From NCBI GenBank assembly GCA_963664875.1, contig OY761611.1, positions 2,016,001 through 2,080,000 on the forward strand: DNA of 64,000 nt, in the 5' to 3' direction. Shown in pieces: positions 1 to 9,142 of the stretch. The notes below the pieces were generated by a model, which did no database searches, was not told the DNA's origin, and saw only the letters and a program-made list of their open reading frames with translations. The stretch is from Candidatus Kapaibacterium sp. GTDB lineage: Bacteria > Bacteroidota > Ignavibacteria > Kapaibacteriales > UBA2268. Each line of letters opens with the position of its first letter. Position 1 is the stretch's first letter. The translations under genes were made by a program, and so were the position numbers.

Positions 1-1086
1 TTCGTCTGCTAAAAGTTTTAAAATATCTACAAAGCAATGTTGGTACTCAATTTTCTTAGCATCTACAAACACTGCAGCGGATAATACATTAAACAAAAGA
101 TTTGGCTTTAGATTGCTAATCTCTTTGCGAATCATATCAAAAAGATTGGAATGTTCAAAGTTATCTCTTAAGTACTCAACTGAATTTTTTTCTAACCCTA
201 TAGAACTATATAATAATAATTTATCGGATGGAGGTACAAATTTTGTAGGAACACTTCCCGGCATTTTAAGCAGAGGCAAGTCAGGCTCTTTCATGTAACG
301 ATAGCTTAGTTTACTATCTCCATTCCGCAAAGGAATTGTACTGCCCTCGTCTTCATTTACAGTGCGTGTCTCTGAAACAGGAAGCCCCCCATTGTCAATT
401 ATTTCAATTTGTCTTTGCCATTCAAATTCCAAAGCTTTTTCCAATACTTTAAAGCTATTTACATTCTTAATTTCTACTTTGTATGCGGGCAATTCTTGAT
501 CAGTACTTATAGAAATATTTGCATCACATCGAAGATCACCATCCTGCATCTCCCCATTTGATATGCCAAGATATATTGCTGTAAGTCTGACATTTCTAAA
601 ACACTCAACCGCATCAGCAGCTGAGCGTATTGTTGGCTTAGTAACTACTTCCAATAGTGGAGCTGAAGAACGATTAAAATCAACAAGCGTGGCATCTCTG
701 TTATGCTTCATTTTGGCGGCATCTTCTTCTATGTGCATTTTTTCTAACTCGACTATGCCGGAAGATGTTTTTATTGTGCCTCCAAAGGCGAGCGGAAAAA
801 AGAACTGAGTAATTTGATATCCTTTCGGCAAGTCGGGATAAAAGTAATTCTTCCTGTCGAAAGCAAGTACATCATTTGCTTTTGCACCAACTGCATCGGC
901 AAATTGGAGTGCATATTTAACAGCTTTAATGTTCAAAACAGGTAAAGTACCGGGATAACCAAGACAGTATGGACATATATTTGTGTTCGGCTCAGAAATT
1001 TTGTTATAACATCTACAAAACAGCTTAGTTTCAGTATTTAGTCTTATGTGAATTTCCAGCCCGATATTGCAATAGTATTTCTGCAT
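1..1086 (-). CDS. gatB: Asp/Glu-tRNA amidotransferase subunit B (3' end beyond the window edge)
   Basis: Not in the ORF track; translated by hand from ATG at 1086: MQKYYCNIGLEIHIRLNTETKLFC..., FDRKNYFYPDLPKGYQITQ, HIEEDAAK, LRCDANIS, VEIKNVNSF, YRYMKEPDLP. The translated segments are stop-free down to position 1. Confidence 0.92.
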   Translation of the reverse strand, partial: MQKYYCNIGLEIHIRLNTETKLFCRCYNKISEPNTNICPYCLGYPGTLPVLNIKAVKYALQFADAVGAKANDVLAFDRKNYFYPDLPKGYQITQFFFPLAFGGTIKTSSGIVELEKMHIEEDAAKMKHNRDATLVDFNRSSAPLLEVVTKPTIRSAADAVECFRNVRLTAIYLGISNGEMQDGDLRCDANISISTDQELPAYKVEIKNVNSFKVLEKALEFEWQRQIEIIDNGGLPVSETRTVNEDEGSTIPLRNGDSKLSYRYMKEPDLPLLKMPGSVPTKFVPPSDKLLLYSSIGLEKNSVEYLRDNFEHSNLFDMIRKEISNLKPNLLFNVLSAAVFVDAKKIEYQHCFVDILKLLADE

Positions 1087-1161
1087 AACCGTTTGTGCCT
1101 TTACCTTATATTGCTTACTTAAACAACAGTATTATTACTTACGTATATTTTTACTATCTAT

Positions 1162-1842
1162 ATGCCTACTAATAAAAATACATATATTATTGGAGATATC
1201 CATGGGTGTATTCATACTTTACGATATCTACTTTATTTGCAGCTAAAAGTTGAAAAGAAAGACAGACTATACTTCATGGGCGACTATATTGACCGAGGTC
1301 CAAATTCTAAAGCTGTATTAGATGAATTTATTATGCTAAGAAACAACGGCTTTGAGATACATCTGCTAAGAGGCAATCATGAGCAGATGATGTTGGATTC
1401 CCTCCTATCAGAAAAGCAACACACACATTGGGTTAAAAATGGCGGAATATTCACTCTTCAGAGCTTTAAAGTTGCACACGGTAAAGATATTCCTGAAAAG
1501 TACTACAGAATGCTCGAAACGATGGATTATTTTTATGAATTAGAAGAGTTTTTTCTTGTACATGGTGGCATGAATTTCCTAGAAGAAGACCCATTCTGCC
1601 ATAAAGAAGACATGCTATGGATAAGAAATGATAAGATTGATAAGAGTAAGACAAAAGGAAAAAGAATAATAGTTGGCCACACCCCTGTGAGTCCCGCAGA
1701 ATCATACGAATCTTTAAAATCTGACATCATAATGATAGATACAGGCTGTATTTACAAGAAAATAGATACTTCTCTTGGCTATCTGACTGCCTTCAATCCT
1801 GATACAAAACGTTTTTACCGTGCAGAAAATATGGATACATAG
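1162..1842 (+). CDS. Ser/Thr phosphatase-type metallophosphoesterase (PrpA/ApaH-like)
   Basis: GDIHG, GDYIDRG, LRGNHE, VHGG, GHTP, IDTG motifs. Confidence 0.9.
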   Translation: MPTNKNTYIIGDIHGCIHTLRYLLYLQLKVEKKDRLYFMGDYIDRGPNSKAVLDEFIMLRNNGFEIHLLRGNHEQMMLDSLLSEKQHTHWVKNGGIFTLQSFKVAHGKDIPEKYYRMLETMDYFYELEEFFLVHGGMNFLEEDPFCHKEDMLWIRNDKIDKSKTKGKRIIVGHTPVSPAESYESLKSDIIMIDTGCIYKKIDTSLGYLTAFNPDTKRFYRAENMDT

Positions 1843-1869
1843 CCTCACTTTGTGAAATAATTTGATTTC

Positions 1870-2895
1870 TCAGCGCCCGGCATTCTTCCGAAATATTCTT
1901 ATATTTTCCGTATGCCCATTAATATCTTCTGAGAAATTGTGCTTACCACTGCCGTCACCGACTGCTACCATGTAAAACCACTTGTGATGTTCGTAGTCAA
2001 GCACGGCCTCCAAAGAGGCCTTACTCGGGTTATTGATTGGTCCCGGAGGCAGTCCTGCATATTTATAAGTATTGTAAGCATTATCGATTTCTAAATCTTT
2101 ATAGAGCACCCTGCGTTTTTCTCCTATTGCAAACTGCACAGTAGGATCTGCCTGCAAGAGCCAGCCGTTTTTTAGTCTGTTCATATATAGACCTGCAACA
2201 GTTTTTCTTTCAGTAACGGAGGGTGTTTCTGCTTCAACTATTGAGGCTAAAGTAGTAATTTGGTGGACTGTCATATTCATAGCTTTGGCTTTTGCTATGT
2301 TTTCATCAGTCCAAAAGTCAGAAAATTCGCTTAACAATTTATCTAAGATTTGTGGTTCTTTGTCATCCATAAAGAAAGTATAGGTATTTGGCAAAAGATA
2401 CCCAAGTGCATTGTCTTGATAGATTCCATATTTTGCAAGGATGTCTTTATCAGAACACAACCTAAAAAACTTTGCAGAATCAAGATTCATTTCTTGCCGA
2501 ATGATTGAAGCATATCTTTTTACATCCAAACCTTCGGGAAAGGTAAGTGTAGCTGTATATAAATTATCTCCTGTAAATATTGATTCTATCAAATCAATAT
2601 TGCTGATACCCTGTTCAAATTTATAATAACCTGCCTGTAGAGAATTTTTTTTCTTGCCGGCAATGTATCTTATGTATGCATCAAAAAACCAATCAGGATG
2701 CAACGCACCTTTTTCCTGAAGCATATCTATAGTTTTATAAACAGAAGTGCCGTAAGGAATCCTCAACACGATTGCACTGTCTGCTGCCGGTCTGTGGAGC
2801 ATATCTTTGTACCACAAATAGGAACCTGCAGCAGAAACAATAAACAAGACAAGTATAGAAATGAAAACATATTTTAGAAACTTCATTTCTACCAC
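1870..2895 (-). CDS. mltG: Endolytic transglycosylase MltG (YceG)
   Basis: N-terminal TM; LASIVEAE, LQADPTVQF, YNTYKYAGLPPGPINNP. Confidence 0.95.
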   Translation of the reverse strand: MVEMKFLKYVFISILVLFIVSAAGSYLWYKDMLHRPAADSAIVLRIPYGTSVYKTIDMLQEKGALHPDWFFDAYIRYIAGKKKNSLQAGYYKFEQGISNIDLIESIFTGDNLYTATLTFPEGLDVKRYASIIRQEMNLDSAKFFRLCSDKDILAKYGIYQDNALGYLLPNTYTFFMDDKEPQILDKLLSEFSDFWTDENIAKAKAMNMTVHQITTLASIVEAETPSVTERKTVAGLYMNRLKNGWLLQADPTVQFAIGEKRRVLYKDLEIDNAYNTYKYAGLPPGPINNPSKASLEAVLDYEHHKWFYMVAVGDGSGKHNFSEDINGHTENIRIFRKNAGR

Positions 2896-3428
2896 TTATC
2901 CCAGTGTATTTTTTCTTTTACAAATTTATCTTTAGGCAATTCGTTACCAATAGGCACACCAACCGGAATGACACTTAGAGGCAAGATGCCTTTAGGCAGT
3001 TCCAATATATCTTTTACGGTATTTATTCTATCACTGGCAGGATAAACAGCTGTCCATACAGCACCATAGCCTAATGCTTCAGCGGCAAGTAAAATATTGA
3101 GCGTAGCAGCAGAGCAATCCTGCACCCATAGGCTTCCTTCGGGCTCGCTAAAAGCTTCGCCGGGTTTACCGCAAACAACTATACCTGCAGCAGCATCTTT
3201 TAACATTTTAGCATAAGGTAACCTTTCTGCTAAAAATCCTTTGATGTATTTGTCAGTTACAACAATAAATTCCCAAGGTTGATGATTGTTTGCTGACGGC
3301 GCCGCCATAGCTGCTCTAACCATTTCCTCTAAGTGCTCTTTAGGAATTGATTCTTGTTTGAATTCTCTAACGCTTTTTCGTGTATGTATTGTGTGTAGTG
3401 CAGTATTCTTTTCGTACTTTTTAAGCAT
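2889..3428 (-). CDS. Nitroreductase family protein
   Basis: RKSVREF, APSANNHQPWEF, QDCSAAT, GYGAVW. Confidence 0.9.
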   Translation of the reverse strand: MLKKYEKNTALHTIHTRKSVREFKQESIPKEHLEEMVRAAMAAPSANNHQPWEFIVVTDKYIKGFLAERLPYAKMLKDAAAGIVVCGKPGEAFSEPEGSLWVQDCSAATLNILLAAEALGYGAVWTAVYPASDRINTVKDILELPKGILPLSVIPVGVPIGNELPKDKFVKEKIHWDKW

Positions 3429-3579
3429 TTTTGAAATTCCTCAATGTACAATTAGCATTTTAACAAATATACGTCCAAAATTTTTTTTATTTCAATACAA
3501 TATTCGTATATTGAAAACTTCTATATTGCTAAAGAGCAATATTCTTTTATAAATTATATATTTTGGGAGACTCAGAGTT

Positions 3580-3990
3580 ATGAGCATGAAGATAACATTC
3601 CCGGGCAATAAGAAGGTAAATGCGGAATTTAACGGTTGGGTTGTGGCAACTGATCAGCCTATTAATGGTGGTGGCGACGGCACTGCTCCTGCTCCTTTTG
3701 AATTATTTTTGGCATCATTAGGCACTTGTGCCGGCATCTATGTAGCAGGTTTCTGCCAATCGCGCGGAATCAGCATGGAAGGCATTGAAATAGAACAAGA
3801 TTTAAAATGGGATCCTATCAAACAAAAAATAGGTAAAATTACTTTGGACATCAAAGTTCCAAAAGATTTCCCTGAAAAATACTATGACGCTCTTATTAAA
3901 TCTGCATCTATGTGTGCAGTAAAGAAAACTATTCAGGATCCGCCTGAATTTGTAATTCAGACAGTAGTAAACGAAGCGATTTCTGCTTAA
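3580..3990 (+). CDS. OsmC family protein
   Basis: TDQP..GGDG.AP.PFELFLASLGTC and a second Cys in MCAVKKT. Confidence 0.88.
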   Translation: MSMKITFPGNKKVNAEFNGWVVATDQPINGGGDGTAPAPFELFLASLGTCAGIYVAGFCQSRGISMEGIEIEQDLKWDPIKQKIGKITLDIKVPKDFPEKYYDALIKSASMCAVKKTIQDPPEFVIQTVVNEAISA

Positions 3991-4029
3991 AATAAATTTT
4001 CACTATGACACAGCACACGTCAGAATAAG

Positions 4030-4068
4030 AAAAGGAGCCGATATTCTCAAAATAGAGGCTCCTTTTTT
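4030..4068. terminator. Bidirectional intrinsic terminator between osmC-like gene and flagellin
   Basis: AAAAGGAGCC...GGCTCCTTTTTT between convergent genes. Confidence 0.7.
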
Positions 4069-4122
4069 ACTTTTCTGAGCGGTAATCTTTAGATATCAAA
4101 CCACTCTCCAACATGCATTTTT

Positions 4123-5070
4123 TTAGAACAACAATAGATAAGAACGAGGGTTTTGATTTGCCTGAGCAAGAGACAAAATTGATGTCTGCTGCAAAAATTG
4201 ATTTTTTACAACATTTAGCTGTTCATTAGCCACATCAGCGTCTTCAAGTCGAGAAATTGCAGAATCATAATTAACAATCTGAGAGCGAATCGCTTCTTCC
4301 TGAGAGTTGATTCTGCCCTGAACACCACCTAAATAAGAAGCCACATTTCTAACGTTTTTCATCGCTAACGAAAGACTATATAAAGTACTTCCAATTTCGT
4401 CACTAGCAAATATGTTCAAATCAGATGCAGTAACATCATTGAGTTTGGACAGATCTAAGCCTGTCACACCTGCGAAGTTCGAAACGTCTAAGCCTGAGCC
4501 TTCATCAACTGCATTCAGATTAAAATTTAGGCTATCAACATTGAGATCTTCGTTATCTGACTGCAAATCAATCCCTAAGGTAATCATATTATTTACGTGG
4601 TCGTAACCGATTACCCAATCAGCTTTGTAATCACCGCTAAAAAGTTGGTAGCCTCCAAAAACAGAAGATTCAACCACCGATTGGATTTGTTGAGATAATC
4701 TGTAAGAGCTTTTTGCCAATGCTACTTTTTCGTCTTTACCTATCGAATCAGCAGATGCCAAAGTAGTAGCTTCTTTTATTTTAGCGAGTAAGCCATTAAT
4801 ATTATCTAAAGTGTCCTGCGAAATGGAAGCAACGTTGCCTGCTTCGCCACTTAGTCTCAAAGCCGCTTTTAATGAGCCATTTCTTGCTTCTAAGGACTTG
4901 GAAGTAATATAAGCAGAGACATCGTCCGCAGCTACATTTATCCTTTTGCCTGTAGAAATCCTGAGCTGGCTGCTCGCAATCTCCTGCGATGATCTAACAT
5001 TGCTGTTATAAGCCTGCTCAGCAGAAATATTGGCACGTATTCTTGCTTCACCCGAAATTGTTGCCGGCAT
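4123..5070 (-). CDS. fliC: Flagellin
   Basis: N-terminal RISTGKRINVAADD; C-terminal SRLEDADVANEQLNVVKNQFLQQTSILSLAQANQNP. Confidence 0.9.
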   Translation of the reverse strand: MPATISGEARIRANISAEQAYNSNVRSSQEIASSQLRISTGKRINVAADDVSAYITSKSLEARNGSLKAALRLSGEAGNVASISQDTLDNINGLLAKIKEATTLASADSIGKDEKVALAKSSYRLSQQIQSVVESSVFGGYQLFSGDYKADWVIGYDHVNNMITLGIDLQSDNEDLNVDSLNFNLNAVDEGSGLDVSNFAGVTGLDLSKLNDVTASDLNIFASDEIGSTLYSLSLAMKNVRNVASYLGGVQGRINSQEEAIRSQIVNYDSAISRLEDADVANEQLNVVKNQFLQQTSILSLAQANQNPRSYLLLF

Positions 5071-5100
5071 AATCTATGCTCACATTAAAGAATTACATTT

Positions 5101-5115
5101 CGGGCATCCTACCTG
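5101..5115 (-). promoter_or_regulatory. Possible CsrA-binding hairpin in the flagellin leader
   Basis: Minus strand CAGGTAGGATGCCCG: GGA in the loop of an imperfect stem, between promoter and start codon. Confidence 0.4.
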
Positions 5116-5136
5116 TTTACTATTCCTCTTAGTTTC

Positions 5137-5163
5137 TTATCGGCACATTGGAAAACAACTTTA
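5137..5163 (-). promoter_or_regulatory. Sigma-28 (FliA) promoter of flagellin
   Basis: Minus strand TAAA-GTTGTTTTCCAATGT(15 nt)-GCCGATAA, an exact consensus match ~65 bp upstream of the ATG. Confidence 0.9.
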
Positions 5164-5408
5164 GCTTTTTTTATTGATTTTATATAAAATTTTTGAAATA
5201 GTAGAATCTACTTATTTATTTCATTCATGCTATAAGTGATGATACCGATATAAAGAAAGTGTGTGTTTCGGCTATAATCGTATTTTGATAGTTTTATCTC
5301 TTTTGAATTGATATCCTAATTCGATACCGGGGTAGATGATATCATAATATTTTTTAAATTAGAATTAGTTAGTTACATTGATACAAGAAACAACATAAAG
5401 AAACAAAG

Positions 5409-7199
5409 ATGAGAAATATAAATGCAATTTTTTTATTCCTTGTCCTAATGCTAAGTATAATTGGGAAAAGCAAGGCAAATAATGATACGTTTTTTGACGA
5501 TTATATGAAACGTAATGGTGAGCTTTATCCTTGGGAAAGAGATGCTACATTTTTGAACAAAGATAGTTTATGGATAGAATTTTACTTAACAAAAGCTGAG
5601 GCATTTATCACTAACGACAATGATTCAGCACTACATTTTTTAAAGATTGCAGAAAAGAAAATACAAAATAAAAACTACACTCGACTTATTCCTGAACTAT
5701 ATTCCAAATATGGCAATTATTACTTCTTTATAGATAAACAGGACACAGCGATTTATTATTTCAAGGCAGCAGCTAAAATGGCAGAAAAAGAAAAAGATAC
5801 ACTAACTGCCGGAATATCTTTCAGTAATTTAGCTCTAATTTACTCTTACCAATCGCAATATGACAAATTTCTTACATCAGCTCAAAATGCTATCATCTAT
5901 AACAATTTGCTCAATAGGCATATTGCAAATATGAAAATATGGACAGCTCTTTCCGATTACTATTCTCATGAAAAAGATACTTTAAAAGCAGAGCATGCTT
6001 CTTATATGGCTCTAAGAGCTGCAGATTTGAGCAAGAATTTTGTATGGCAGCCCTGGGCGAAGAATCAGTATGCCTTATTGCTATTAGATTTTGGGAAAAT
6101 AGAAAAAGCAGATAGTCTTATCTCGGAGCTCTTGCCTATAGCTGACACCATTTACTACAAGAAATTATCGAAAAATATTTATAAAACAAAAGCAGTCATA
6201 CTAAATCTACAAAAAGATGGCAACCGTGCTATACAATTTCTCAATAAAGCAAAAGATGCAGCACCATTTTCATCAACTTTTGATTCTCTCGATTATGAGA
6301 TGTCTTTTGCTGATGCGTACGCAATTATGAATAAGCATCAATTTGCTATAGATATTTATAGAGGAATATTGAGCGTAAAATCAGATGTTTTAGATTTGGA
6401 ACTGAAATTAAAGACTTATGACAAGCTAATCGCCTCGCTACAAGCAACTAACCAATATAAGGAGCTTTCTTATGTATGGGCACGTCGAACAGAAATCGCT
6501 AATGAGTTGCTAAATTCACGAAATATAGAATTGACTAAAAAATACGAAGTTGAACTCAATCTTCAGGATAAAGAACTTCAAACGAAAAAAGCAGAGTTGC
6601 AAGCACAGGAAGCAGAAGAAAAGACGACTTATTTGGCTTTTAGCTCTGTAATCCTTGCCTTTATCGTACTGTCTATAATATTAAGGATGCGTATTGCAAA
6701 AAAACAATCTGCACTGCAATTTCGAAATAATGAGTTGCAAAAAACAATCGAACTCAACGAGCAAAAAAACCTTTTAAAACAAAAGGAAAATGAGCTTTTT
6801 GAGCAAACAAAAGCTCTTGCAGAAAAACAGGAAATTGTAAATCGTCTCGAAGAAGAAATTACAAAAAGCAAATCTCTTAATATGCCAACTTACAGCATTG
6901 AGCAAATTTTAAGTGAAATACAGCAAAATAATATGACTATAGAATCTTTTGATTTGAAATTCAACGAGATCTATCCCGATTTTTATACTCGTTTATATCA
7001 AACATGCTCTGACCTTTCTCAGTCAGAAATAAGGGTTTGTGCTTTGATAAAGATGAATATGAACACTAAAGAAATAGCAAATCTGCTAAATGTATCACCC
7101 TCAACTATCGACAACCACAGATTCCGAGTCCGCAAAAAATTAGAATTGGAAAAAGGCACTAACTTATTTGATGCAATTCAAAATTTAGACAACTCGTAA
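5409..7199 (+). CDS. Membrane-anchored TPR-sensor / LuxR-HTH transcriptional regulator
   Basis: Signal peptide, TPR-like helices, one TM (YLAFSSVILAFIVLSIIL), coiled coil, C-terminal LSQSEIRVCALIKMNMNTKEIANLLNVSPSTIDNHRFRVRKKL. Confidence 0.88.
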   Translation: MRNINAIFLFLVLMLSIIGKSKANNDTFFDDYMKRNGELYPWERDATFLNKDSLWIEFYLTKAEAFITNDNDSALHFLKIAEKKIQNKNYTRLIPELYSKYGNYYFFIDKQDTAIYYFKAAAKMAEKEKDTLTAGISFSNLALIYSYQSQYDKFLTSAQNAIIYNNLLNRHIANMKIWTALSDYYSHEKDTLKAEHASYMALRAADLSKNFVWQPWAKNQYALLLLDFGKIEKADSLISELLPIADTIYYKKLSKNIYKTKAVILNLQKDGNRAIQFLNKAKDAAPFSSTFDSLDYEMSFADAYAIMNKHQFAIDIYRGILSVKSDVLDLELKLKTYDKLIASLQATNQYKELSYVWARRTEIANELLNSRNIELTKKYEVELNLQDKELQTKKAELQAQEAEEKTTYLAFSSVILAFIVLSIILRMRIAKKQSALQFRNNELQKTIELNEQKNLLKQKENELFEQTKALAEKQEIVNRLEEEITKSKSLNMPTYSIEQILSEIQQNNMTIESFDLKFNEIYPDFYTRLYQTCSDLSQSEIRVCALIKMNMNTKEIANLLNVSPSTIDNHRFRVRKKLELEKGTNLFDAIQNLDNS

Positions 7200-7226
7200 A
7201 TATCTTTAAATAAGACACTTAGCCTC

Positions 7227-7248
7227 ATAGGTGAAATATGTGAGATAA
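7227..7248 (+). promoter_or_regulatory. Conserved 22-bp box, copy 1 (ATAGGTGAAATATGTGAGATAA)
   Basis: Identical at 7227, 9059 and 11143; ends 61-68 bp before each IPTL-CTERM gene start. Confidence 0.75.
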
Positions 7249-7308
7249 TAAAGTACTTCATAAATACTACTTTACAACTATCAATAACATCAACTATGAG
7301 GTAGTAAT

Positions 7309-8952
7309 ATGATTTTTAAAACTCCTTTTTTTATAGCGGCTATGGTTTTTCTAATGATAGCTTCTACGATTACAAGAGCTGTATCTTGGTACCCAAATCG
7401 AAATATAAATTCATCAAACTGGGCTTATGCGAACAGCCAAGAAGCAGATTTTGATGGAGATGGAGATGTTGATATTTTGGTTAATGGAAGGAAGGGATCG
7501 ACCGGCACACCTTTTTCAACTGTTCTATACGTGAATGATGGAACCGGAAACTTTACAGAAACTTCAATCCCATCTTTTTCTATATACCAATTTAAAGAGA
7601 TCCACATTTTAGATATTGATTCAGATGGTGATATCGATCTTCTGCTCCCATTTTACAATACTACGCTTTCTCGTATTCAGTTTGGCTTGTTCTTAAACAA
7701 CGGAAATGGTCTATCATATACTCAAACACAAGCTATCGACTATATTAATAGGATTGAAGTCGGTGATATTGATGGAGATGGCGATATTGATATTGTAGGT
7801 ATCAATAGCGATACAAAACAAATTGTCAAATTGGTAAATAATGGTGCAAATGCCTTTAGTTCTACTGATATTGAACTTTTAGGTGATGATGTGAATCCGG
7901 TAACAAATCCCGCCCTAATATCAGCTACTTACTACGACATAGAGCTTTTTGATATTAACAATGACGGTGATCTTGACATAGTCTCTGCATATACAAATGC
8001 AGTTGGGCTTCCATCTCAAGCTGGTGTATTACAAGTGTTTGAGAATAATGGCTCAGGTTCATTTACTGAACTATCTAAGATCATAGACACAGAAGCCGCA
8101 TCGGCTAATTTCAAACCAGGGACAGGAATAATGATAGTACCTGCTCATATCAATGGAGATAATTTTAAGGATTTCTTGATATCCGCCCAAGGTGCTCTTT
8201 ATAGTTTTACCAATAATCAAGCTTCAGGTTTTACATCCTCAGGTAGTTCTATTGCCTCGAGTGAGTCTAATAGTTACAATCCTAATTCATACAGAATCGC
8301 TGATTTAGACGATGATGGAGATGATGACATAATAATTTGGGGTGCAGGTACTACCGGCACTGTTATCTTAGGAAGAAACGGAGGCAATTTTAGTTATTCA
8401 TTTGCAACATTCAACAGCGGTAATAAAATTAATGGGCAACCTACAAGTACTTTCCAGGTATGGGCAAGTGGCTCAATTAATGTTGCTGATTTTGACGGAG
8501 ATGGCGAAATAGATATGCATGTGTTTAGTTTATATGATAACAGTGGACCGGGGCTTTATGGTTCAGCATGTCCAACAAACGTTTCCATCTCCGCAGTATC
8601 CAAAATATCAGATACTGAATACGAGATAAGTGCCACTCCCGATGACGGTGCTTGTTCTACGATTTTAGCGAAGGGTATAGTATGGGGAACATCAACAAAT
8701 CCAACTCTCGCATCAAATTCGGGTTCAGTTGCTGCAGGTTCCGGTTCAGCATCATATAGTGCGAACGCTATAAATGTTACAGTAGGTCCGGGCTATTACG
8801 TGAGAGCTTATGTTACTACTTCTATTGGGACATATTATTCTGAGCAGGTTCACTTTGGTGTAGTTCCTACATTGCCTGAATGGGGTCTGATAATCCTCGC
8901 AGGCGGATTTTTAGTAACAGGCGGATGGTTTATGTTTAGAAAGTTTATGTAG
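7309..8952 (+). CDS. FG-GAP/VCBS-repeat surface protein with IPTL-CTERM-like sorting tail
   Basis: Repeated DxDGDGDxD motifs; C-terminus VPTLPEWGLIILAGGFLVTGGWFMFRKFM (motif, TM, basic tail). Confidence 0.85.
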   Translation: MIFKTPFFIAAMVFLMIASTITRAVSWYPNRNINSSNWAYANSQEADFDGDGDVDILVNGRKGSTGTPFSTVLYVNDGTGNFTETSIPSFSIYQFKEIHILDIDSDGDIDLLLPFYNTTLSRIQFGLFLNNGNGLSYTQTQAIDYINRIEVGDIDGDGDIDIVGINSDTKQIVKLVNNGANAFSSTDIELLGDDVNPVTNPALISATYYDIELFDINNDGDLDIVSAYTNAVGLPSQAGVLQVFENNGSGSFTELSKIIDTEAASANFKPGTGIMIVPAHINGDNFKDFLISAQGALYSFTNNQASGFTSSGSSIASSESNSYNPNSYRIADLDDDGDDDIIIWGAGTTGTVILGRNGGNFSYSFATFNSGNKINGQPTSTFQVWASGSINVADFDGDGEIDMHVFSLYDNSGPGLYGSACPTNVSISAVSKISDTEYEISATPDDGACSTILAKGIVWGTSTNPTLASNSGSVAAGSGSASYSANAINVTVGPGYYVRAYVTTSIGTYYSEQVHFGVVPTLPEWGLIILAGGFLVTGGWFMFRKFM

Positions 8953-8985
8953 ATTTTAAAAGTTTGAGAATTATTGATTATTGAG

Positions 8986-9020
8986 ATACCGCAGGCATTT
9001 TTGCTTGCGGTATTTTTTTT
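8986..9020 (+). terminator. Intrinsic terminator (duplicate at 11072-11104)
   Basis: ATACCGCAGGCA-TTTT-TGCTTGCGGTAT followed by a T run. Confidence 0.75.
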
Positions 9021-9058
9021 ATTGCTTCTAAATAGTTGTAATATAACTATTTACCCTC

Positions 9059-9080
9059 ATAGGTGAAATATGTGAGATAA
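9059..9080 (+). promoter_or_regulatory. Conserved 22-bp box, copy 2
   Basis: ATAGGTGAAATATGTGAGATAA. Confidence 0.75.
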
Positions 9081-9142
9081 GATTTTTCTGGTATATCGTT
9101 AGATTTAGCATGGGTTAATCTATACATATACAAGGTTGAGTT

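Larger units (their letters stand above)
8836..9087 (+). repeat. Repeated module: sorting-tail DNA + terminator + 22-bp box (copies at ~10922-11170 and, coding part only, 13110-13226)
   Basis: Near-identical sequence beginning TATTCTGAGCAGGTTCACTTTGGTGTAGTTCCTACATTGCCTGAATGGGG. Confidence 0.9.

Noticed and set aside
113-808. Plus-strand ORFs 113-298 and 563-808, and similar short ORFs elsewhere
   Set aside because: Antisense or alternate-frame shadows of gatB and other confident genes
5235-5345. Repeated GATA(C/T)C words upstream of the LuxR gene
   Set aside because: Too short and irregular to separate from background
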